From Minisyncoccota bacterium (GTDB taxonomy: Bacteria > Patescibacteriota > Minisyncoccia > Phycocordibacterales > JBAYLF01), in contig JBAYLF010000001.1 in assembly GCA_041664205.1 (NCBI GenBank), positions 67,380 through 131,379 of the forward strand: a stretch of DNA of 64,000 nucleotides, read 5' to 3'. Of this stretch, positions 57,867-64,000 are shown piece by piece (the first letter of the stretch is position 1; each line of letters begins with the position of its first letter). The notes under the pieces were generated by a model. The model made no database searches and had not been told where the DNA came from. It was given only the letters and a program-made list of their open reading frames with translations. Made by a program: the position numbers and the translations under genes.

Positions 57867-59219
57867 ATGCTAGAAACAAAAAAACTTTGGGAAAGCGTTT
57901 TGGTGGATATGGAGTTGTCAGTATCGAAAGCAAATTTCAGTACATGGTTTAAAAATACCTCAATTATTAAAATTGAAGACGGTGTTGTGAGTGTTGCTGT
58001 TCCTAATGAGTTTGTTAAGGATTGGTTAATCAATAAATTTCATAAACTTATTTTAAAATCCTTAAGAAATCTATCAGAAAGCACCCGATCTATAGAATAT
58101 ATTGTAATTAAAGATATAAATAACAAAAAGGAGTTTGAAGAAAAACCAAAATACCTAGCTAACTTATCTACTAATACTCTTCCTTTAAATGATTTTTATA
58201 TTAATAAGGATGATAATTTAAATCCTAAATACACGTTTGAAAACTTTGTTGTTGGACCTTTCAACGAACTTGCATTTGCTGCATCCCAAGCAATCATTAA
58301 AAAACCTGGTATTGCATATAATCCATTATTTATTTTCGGTAGCACAGGACATGGTAAAACACATCTTATTCAAGCAATAGGTAATGCTTTAAAACACTCA
58401 AATAAAGATATAAAAATATTCTATGCAACATCTGAAAAATTCAGTGTAGACTATGTAACTTCACTTCAAACCAACAAAGTTAACTTCTTTAAAGAAAAAT
58501 ACAGAAAATATGATGTTTTAATCATGGATGATATTCAATTTCTTTCAGGAAAAGAAAAAATACAAGAAGAACTTTTTCATTTATTTAACACTCTTTACGA
58601 CAATAATAAACAAATTGTGTTTTCATCAGACAAACACGTAAATTACATTCCAAATTTAGAAGAAAGATTAAAATCAAGATTTGGAGCAGGAATGATAGTA
58701 GAAATTCCACAACCTGATCAAGAATCACGTATCGCAATTTTAAAAACTAAGGCACAATTTCATAATTTTCCACTATCTCATGAAATGTGTGATTACTTAG
58801 CTTCTGCAATTGAAGGAAATATAAGAGAACTTGAATCAATCATAAACGCAATTATGTGCCAATCTCAGATCAAAAACAGAGAATTAAGTCTTCTTGAGGT
58901 TAAACACCTTATAAAAGACAGTGCTAAACCAAAAAAGAATGTTTCGATCAAAGATATAATTAAAATTGTTGCAGATTATTACAAAATAGATGAAGAAAGC
59001 ATTTATGAAAAAACAAGAAGAAAAGAGGTTGTTAGACCAAGACAACTAATAATGTATATTTTAAGAGAAGATTTTAGTGTTTCATACCCAACCATAGGAC
59101 AAAAACTAGGAGGAAGAGATCATACGACAGTTATACATTCGTGTGAAAAGATTAAAAATGATATTAAAACCGATCCAACACTTCAACAAGAAATAAATAA
59201 GATAAGATCGATGATATGA
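57867..59219 (+). CDS. dnaA: Chromosomal replication initiator DnaA
   Basis: LNPKYTFENFV, YNPLFIFGSTGHGKTHL, DDIQF, RLKSRF, NIRELE, GGRDHTTVIH. Confidence 0.99.
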   Translation: MLETKKLWESVLVDMELSVSKANFSTWFKNTSIIKIEDGVVSVAVPNEFVKDWLINKFHKLILKSLRNLSESTRSIEYIVIKDINNKKEFEEKPKYLANLSTNTLPLNDFYINKDDNLNPKYTFENFVVGPFNELAFAASQAIIKKPGIAYNPLFIFGSTGHGKTHLIQAIGNALKHSNKDIKIFYATSEKFSVDYVTSLQTNKVNFFKEKYRKYDVLIMDDIQFLSGKEKIQEELFHLFNTLYDNNKQIVFSSDKHVNYIPNLEERLKSRFGAGMIVEIPQPDQESRIAILKTKAQFHNFPLSHEMCDYLASAIEGNIRELESIINAIMCQSQIKNRELSLLEVKHLIKDSAKPKKNVSIKDIIKIVADYYKIDEESIYEKTRRKEVVRPRQLIMYILREDFSVSYPTIGQKLGGRDHTTVIHSCEKIKNDIKTDPTLQQEINKIRSMI

Positions 59220-59488
59220 CCTTTATATTAAAGACACAGATGTGAATATACTGTTAAGAACTGTGTTTATTAGTTTAGGAGAAAGTGTTTTTAATTTATA
59301 ACAATTTCAAGCCTTTCTGAAAAACTAACGAAAGTAATCATTTATTGTTTATAAGTTATCAACACTTCATTAAAAACAATTTTTATTTAAACAGTTCTGA
59401 TTAAAGTTATTCCGAGATATCCACTTATCCACAGTTATAATAATAGTAATAATCTTATATATATAATAACTAAGAAATACTAAGAACA
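59220..59488. other. Probable oriC (dnaA-dnaN intergenic region)
   Basis: TTATCCACA 59425-59433 and TTATCAACA 59356-59364, followed by TAA/TAG trio-like repeats and an AT-rich tract; another box at 57771 upstream of dnaA. Confidence 0.7.
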
Positions 59489-60589
59489 ATGAAATTAGAA
59501 ATTTTAAAAGACGCATTAGCAAATGCAATATATAAGTCAGAAAAGATTGCAGTTAAAAATGCAACACTTCCTGTCTTAAGTTGTGTATTAATTACAGCAT
59601 CAAAAAATGCAGTTAAGATACGCACAACAAACCTTGATATAGGTTTAGAAATATCTATTCCTGCAAAAGTTGAAGTAGAAGGAGCTATCGCTGTTCCAGC
59701 AAATATTTTGAATTCCTTTCTAAATGGTTTAGGTAATGAAAAAAGTATTATTTTAGAGGCAGATGAAAATAAACTATCTGTATTAACATCACATGTTTCA
59801 ACATCTATTAATTTATTAAATCATAATGATTACCCAACTATTCCTATTATTTCTGAAGGAGAATCATTTTTAATTAATTCTTCTGATTTTACTAAAGGTG
59901 TAAAAGCTGTTTATTACAGTTCTGCTGTTTCAAGTATGAAACCAGAACTTGCTAGTGTTTTTATTTATACAGATGGTGATTGGATATACTTTGTTGCAAC
60001 TGATTCTTTCCGCTTAGCTGAGAAAAAAATTAAGGCTGGAAAAAGAAAGGAATTTTCACCACTTCTTATTCCTTTTAAAAATACTATTGAAATTGCCAGA
60101 ATTTTTGAAAATGTGAACGGAGAGATAAAAGTTATTGTTGGTAAGAATCAAATATCTATCTTTTATGAAAATTTTTATATAACATCGAGAGTTGTTGATG
60201 GAAATTTTCCTGATTACAAACAGTTTTTTCCAAAAGATTTTCTTACAGAAGTTGTTGTTCTTAAACAGGATATTATCGATATTTTTAAATTATCCAATAT
60301 TTTTTCAGATAATTTTAACCGTATTCGTTTTGAGATCAATCCTTCACGTAAAACATTTGAGATTATTACAAAAAATACTTCAATTGGTGAGAATACAAGT
60401 AAGGTTGATGCTGTTTTAAAAGGCGAAAGTGTTGATTTGAGTTTTAATTACAAATATATTGCTGATAGTTTTCAATCTATAGATTCTGATAGTATAGGTT
60501 TTTATTTTAATGGTCCCAATAAGCCGGCTATAATGAAAGGAATATCTGATAATTCTTTTAATTATATGGTTATGCCAATGAATAGGTAA
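59489..60589 (+). CDS. dnaN: DNA polymerase III beta sliding clamp
   Basis: PVLS, TNLDI, DYPTIP, VATDSFRLAE, GNFPDY, FNYKY, MVMPM. Confidence 0.97.
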   Translation: MKLEILKDALANAIYKSEKIAVKNATLPVLSCVLITASKNAVKIRTTNLDIGLEISIPAKVEVEGAIAVPANILNSFLNGLGNEKSIILEADENKLSVLTSHVSTSINLLNHNDYPTIPIISEGESFLINSSDFTKGVKAVYYSSAVSSMKPELASVFIYTDGDWIYFVATDSFRLAEKKIKAGKRKEFSPLLIPFKNTIEIARIFENVNGEIKVIVGKNQISIFYENFYITSRVVDGNFPDYKQFFPKDFLTEVVVLKQDIIDIFKLSNIFSDNFNRIRFEINPSRKTFEIITKNTSIGENTSKVDAVLKGESVDLSFNYKYIADSFQSIDSDSIGFYFNGPNKPAIMKGISDNSFNYMVMPMNR

Positions 60590-60635
60590 TATTAGTTAGT
60601 ATGTTTCTTTGTTATTCTATTTGTTTCATACTTTT

Positions 60636-60890
60636 ATGTTACACATTTCTGATTATTTTAAGAAAATTAAAGATGTTGAGTTAAAAAGTTTTGCCACCAG
60701 AGATGTTATAGTTGTTGCAGTTTTAAAAGTAATAGGTCTAAAGTTGGAATATAAAGATATAACTATAAAAAACAGAACCGTTTACTTAAAAGTTTCACCT
60801 CTGATAAAAAATGAAGTCTACATTAATAAAAAAGCTATTTTAGAGGAAATAAATAAAGAAAAGATGCTTAATATTGATGATATAAGATAA
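60636..60890 (+). CDS. Small protein after dnaN, possibly DciA/DUF721-like
   Basis: TIKNRTVYLKVSPLIKNEV..K..ILEEIN..IDDIR pattern and position. Confidence 0.55.
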   Translation: MLHISDYFKKIKDVELKSFATRDVIVVAVLKVIGLKLEYKDITIKNRTVYLKVSPLIKNEVYINKKAILEEINKEKMLNIDDIR

Positions 60891-60941
60891 TTATTACAAA
60901 AACACACTCGGAAAATCCGAGTGTGTTTTTTGTTTCATATT

Positions 60942-63467
60942 TTATCTAACTAAGAAATTTATAGAAGCTTCTTTTTCGTTATATTGGCTATCTTTTACTT
61001 TTACTTTAAGAATATTTATTTTATCTTGCAATATTGAGTCAATATCACTTGGTGTAAATGAAAAACTAAATGGTGATGTTTCTGAAAAACCTACAAAAAC
61101 ATTATTAATATAGTAATCAGCCCTTGTTATTGGGTATTTACTACTAAGAGAAAGGTTTACTCTGAAACTTGTTCCTATGTCTAATATTTGGAGATTTGTT
61201 GGTGTTGTTATTGAAACATTAGGAATTGAATCTTGAGTATGAACAGTGTCAAAACCTAAGGGAGTTTGGTTATTTATAAGATTTTGCTTAGTTGCCCAAT
61301 CTAAGACAGGTTTTTCCCAAAGATAGAATGAAGGATCGTCAGCTGGATTTTTAGGTGCTGGGCCTAAGGGATCAGATCTGTCTATCCAGAAAAGTTCTGA
61401 ATGTATATTGTTAATAAATTTTTCTTCTTTTAATTCTGATGGAGTCATATTTGTTGCGAGTTCTCCAGAAGATTTATTAATAATATAACTTTGATCTCCT
61501 TGCCAAACTCCGCGGATAATAGGTTTCATTTTTGTTTCATCAACTGGAAGTGGTTTTTCAAATTTTTCATCAGGTAATGTTTTGAGAAGTTCTGTCATAA
61601 AGGCATTCCACATAGGTGCCACAATCATACCTGCAACTTGTTTAACCATAGGACTGTTGTCATTATTTCCAACCCAAGCACCAACTGCAATTTGTGGAGT
61701 GTATCCAATAACCCACGCGTCGCGAGTGTCGTTTGTTGTTCCTGTTTTTGATGCGACATCTCTTCCTGAAAAATATAATGAGGAATTTGCTCCATAAGCT
61801 GGTATTTTTGCTTGATTGTCAGATAAAACATCTGTAATCATAAGTGCTGTTTGTTCCGGAAGAACTCGTGTTGATTGTGATTTATATTCTTCTAAAGTTT
61901 TTCCTTGATCATCCTCAATTTTTAAAATACCTGTAGGTGTATTTTTTTCTCCTTTGTTTGCAAATACAGAATAAACGCTAGTTAATTCTAGTGGAGAAAC
62001 TTCACCACCTCCAAGAACTAGAGTTAATCCATATTGTGCCGGATTAGTTAATGATTCAATACCCATATCTTTTGCTAACTGCAAAGAATCTTTTACTCCA
62101 ACAAGATATAGAAGTTTAATAGCTGGAATGTTAATTGATTGTGCTAAAGCATTTCGTAGAGATATAGGTCCGCGATATTTAAGATCATAATTTTCAGGCA
62201 TATAACAATCAGAACTTGAGTTTGATGCCTGTTTTGGATCAATTAGCTTTCCGTCAGGTGTGCAGTATGTGGAAAATTCTGTTTTAACATCAAACAAAAC
62301 AGTATCGGGAAGATATCCTTTATTAAATGCTTCTGCATACACAATTGGTTTGAATGCAGAACCTGGTTGCCTATGTGCAAGTGTAATATTAAAATTTCCT
62401 TCAATTGATTTATCAAAGTAGTCACGAGACCCCACCATTACAAGAATTTGCCCTGTAGGCGCATCAAGAGTGATAAGACCAGCATTCTTAGCTTTGAATT
62501 TTGTTTCGTTCTCTAGTGCGTATTTTTTAACGATCTCCTCTGCAATTTTTTGTAGATTATAATCAAGAGTTGTTGTAATTCTGAGTCCTCCCTCATCTAA
62601 AACATTTTGTCCATATTTTTTTTCAAGATAGTCTTTAATATAAAATACAAAATGAGGGGCTTTTATTGATCTGCTTTCTTGTTGTGCAAAAATAACTTTT
62701 TCATTAATAGCTTGATCATATTCGTCCTGAGTTATTTTTTTATAATCAAGCATTTTTCTGAGAACTAGATTTTTTCTAGCATCAAGTTTAGCTCGATTAC
62801 TTCCATAAGGAGAATAATAACTAGGTGCTTGAGGAAGTGCTGCTAAATATGCCGCTTCTGCAATATCTACATCTTTGGCACTTTTTCCAAAATATCCAAA
62901 ACTCGCTTCTTCAACCCCATATAAGTTGCCTCCATAAGGAGATTCATTAAGATACATTCCTAAAATAGTGTTTTTATTAGCAATCTGTTCAAGTTTGATA
63001 GCTAAAAATATTTCTTTTAGTTTTCTTGTTATTGTTTTATCTTTTGTTAAAAGTGTATTTTTAATAACTTGTTGAGTAATAGTAGAACCACCTTGACTGT
63101 ATCCACCAGCACCAATATTAGTAAGAATCGCGCGAAGAAATGCCTTAGGTTCAAATCCTTTATGATTATAAAAATTTACATCCTCAATTGATATTGTTGC
63201 ATCTTTTATATAAGGTGAAATCGAGTCAAATTGAACAACCGTTCTTTTCATATCTCCACCAAAATCATATAGTAAAACTTTTCCTGTTTTGTCGTAAATT
63301 TTAGTTGATTGAGAGACCACTCTTTGATCAAAAGAATCTAGCGCAGGTATTTTTAATGTTGCAGCCCAAAGTAAAATAGCGCCTGAAATTATGAATAAAA
63401 ACGACAAAATAACCAAAATTGAGGTTTTTAATAAGCTCCAATGTTTATTTTTTAATTTTTTTATCAT
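60942..63467 (-). CDS. Class A penicillin-binding protein (PBP1a) with C-terminal Ig-like domain
   Basis: EDVNFYNH, GGSTITQQVIK, RKLKE (GT51); QPGSAFKP, SIN, KTGT (transpeptidase). Confidence 0.95.
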   Translation of the reverse strand: MIKKLKNKHWSLLKTSILVILSFLFIISGAILLWAATLKIPALDSFDQRVVSQSTKIYDKTGKVLLYDFGGDMKRTVVQFDSISPYIKDATISIEDVNFYNHKGFEPKAFLRAILTNIGAGGYSQGGSTITQQVIKNTLLTKDKTITRKLKEIFLAIKLEQIANKNTILGMYLNESPYGGNLYGVEEASFGYFGKSAKDVDIAEAAYLAALPQAPSYYSPYGSNRAKLDARKNLVLRKMLDYKKITQDEYDQAINEKVIFAQQESRSIKAPHFVFYIKDYLEKKYGQNVLDEGGLRITTTLDYNLQKIAEEIVKKYALENETKFKAKNAGLITLDAPTGQILVMVGSRDYFDKSIEGNFNITLAHRQPGSAFKPIVYAEAFNKGYLPDTVLFDVKTEFSTYCTPDGKLIDPKQASNSSSDCYMPENYDLKYRGPISLRNALAQSINIPAIKLLYLVGVKDSLQLAKDMGIESLTNPAQYGLTLVLGGGEVSPLELTSVYSVFANKGEKNTPTGILKIEDDQGKTLEEYKSQSTRVLPEQTALMITDVLSDNQAKIPAYGANSSLYFSGRDVASKTGTTNDTRDAWVIGYTPQIAVGAWVGNNDNSPMVKQVAGMIVAPMWNAFMTELLKTLPDEKFEKPLPVDETKMKPIIRGVWQGDQSYIINKSSGELATNMTPSELKEEKFINNIHSELFWIDRSDPLGPAPKNPADDPSFYLWEKPVLDWATKQNLINNQTPLGFDTVHTQDSIPNVSITTPTNLQILDIGTSFRVNLSLSSKYPITRADYYINNVFVGFSETSPFSFSFTPSDIDSILQDKINILKVKVKDSQYNEKEASINFLVR

Positions 63468-63576
63468 ATTTTAAATTATACATCATAAAACTTTGTTTGT
63501 TGTGTTTTGTAAAGATATATTGTTGATACTAAAAAGATACTAAAAAATTTCCCAATATGTTATATTATTTATAATT

Positions 63577-64000
63577 ATGTCCAAAAAAGACTTACAAAAC
63601 CTTTCAAATCCAGATATTAACGAGCTTTTGTCTCGAGGAATTGAAAAAATCTATCCGAACCAAGAATTTTTCAAAAAAAATCTAGAGGAACGAAAAATTA
63701 CTCTTTATTTTGGAATTGACCCTACTGGACCGACACTTCATCTTGGACACATGATAAGTCTAAAGAAATTAAGGGATTTTCAACTTTTAGGTCATAAAAT
63801 CATCTTACTTATAGGTGATTTTACAGCTACTATTGGTGACCCTTCTGGAAAGGAGAATACTCGCAAAATGCTTACTACGCAAGAAGTTTTAGATAATGCT
63901 AAGTTATACAAAGAACAGGCTAGTAAGTTTATTAGTTTTGAAGGTTCAAACAAGGCTGAAATTGAATACAACTCAAAATGGCTTTCAAAGATGACCTTTA
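63577..64000 (+). CDS. tyrS: Tyrosyl-tRNA synthetase, N-terminal part (runs off the right window edge)
   Basis: Hand translation: YFGIDPTGPTLHLGH, LIGDFTATIGDPSGK, YNSKWLS. Confidence 0.93.
   Translation, partial: MSKKDLQNLSNPDINELLSRGIEKIYPNQEFFKKNLEERKITLYFGIDPTGPTLHLGHMISLKKLRDFQLLGHKIILLIGDFTATIGDPSGKENTRKMLTTQEVLDNAKLYKEQASKFISFEGSNKAEIEYNSKWLSKMTF

Noticed and set aside
57867-59219. UGA-to-Gly recoding (code 25)
   Set aside because: Conserved genes translate intact with code 11, and dnaA ends in TGA at its expected C-terminus.
1-64000. CRISPR array or cas genes
   Set aside because: No regularly spaced repeat-spacer series and no cas-like ORF; the palindromes are isolated pairs.

Overview
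AT-rich, origin-proximal chromosomal segment of a Patescibacteria/CPR bacterium, most likely Parcubacteria (OD1). This assignment is inferred from gene content: IleRS with an inserted histidine-phosphatase domain, rplK without rplA, a short trigger factor, a CPR-type T4SS-like cluster and mostly SD-less genes; translation uses standard code 11. The window holds housekeeping genes (ileS, argS, secE-nusG-rplK, yidC-jag, nusA, tig, clpP, rny, hup, cca, xer, rpsO, pnp, rnpA-rpmH, dnaA-dnaN, PBP1a, tyrS), a dTTP-supply cluster (dut, tmk, thyX-like, dCMP and dCTP deaminases) with ppdK, a 12.6 kb PrgI/VirB4/VirB6/pilin cluster, four tRNAs, a probable oriC, a parS cluster, many self-contained ORFans and several palindromic or MITE-like elements. 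The main observation is a family of three homologous ~140 bp non-coding structured elements, one just 3' of each of tRNA-Gly(TCC), tRNA-Pro(TGG) and tRNA-Gly(GCC). Each is bounded by a 19-22 bp duplication of that tRNA's 3' end and carries an internal antisense copy of its own host tRNA's T-arm/acceptor that co-varies with the host, split by a conserved CTGC-loop hairpin. This suggests a target-programmed, tRNA-directed mini mobile element or a tRNA-regulating RNA. All calls were made by eye, without database searches.
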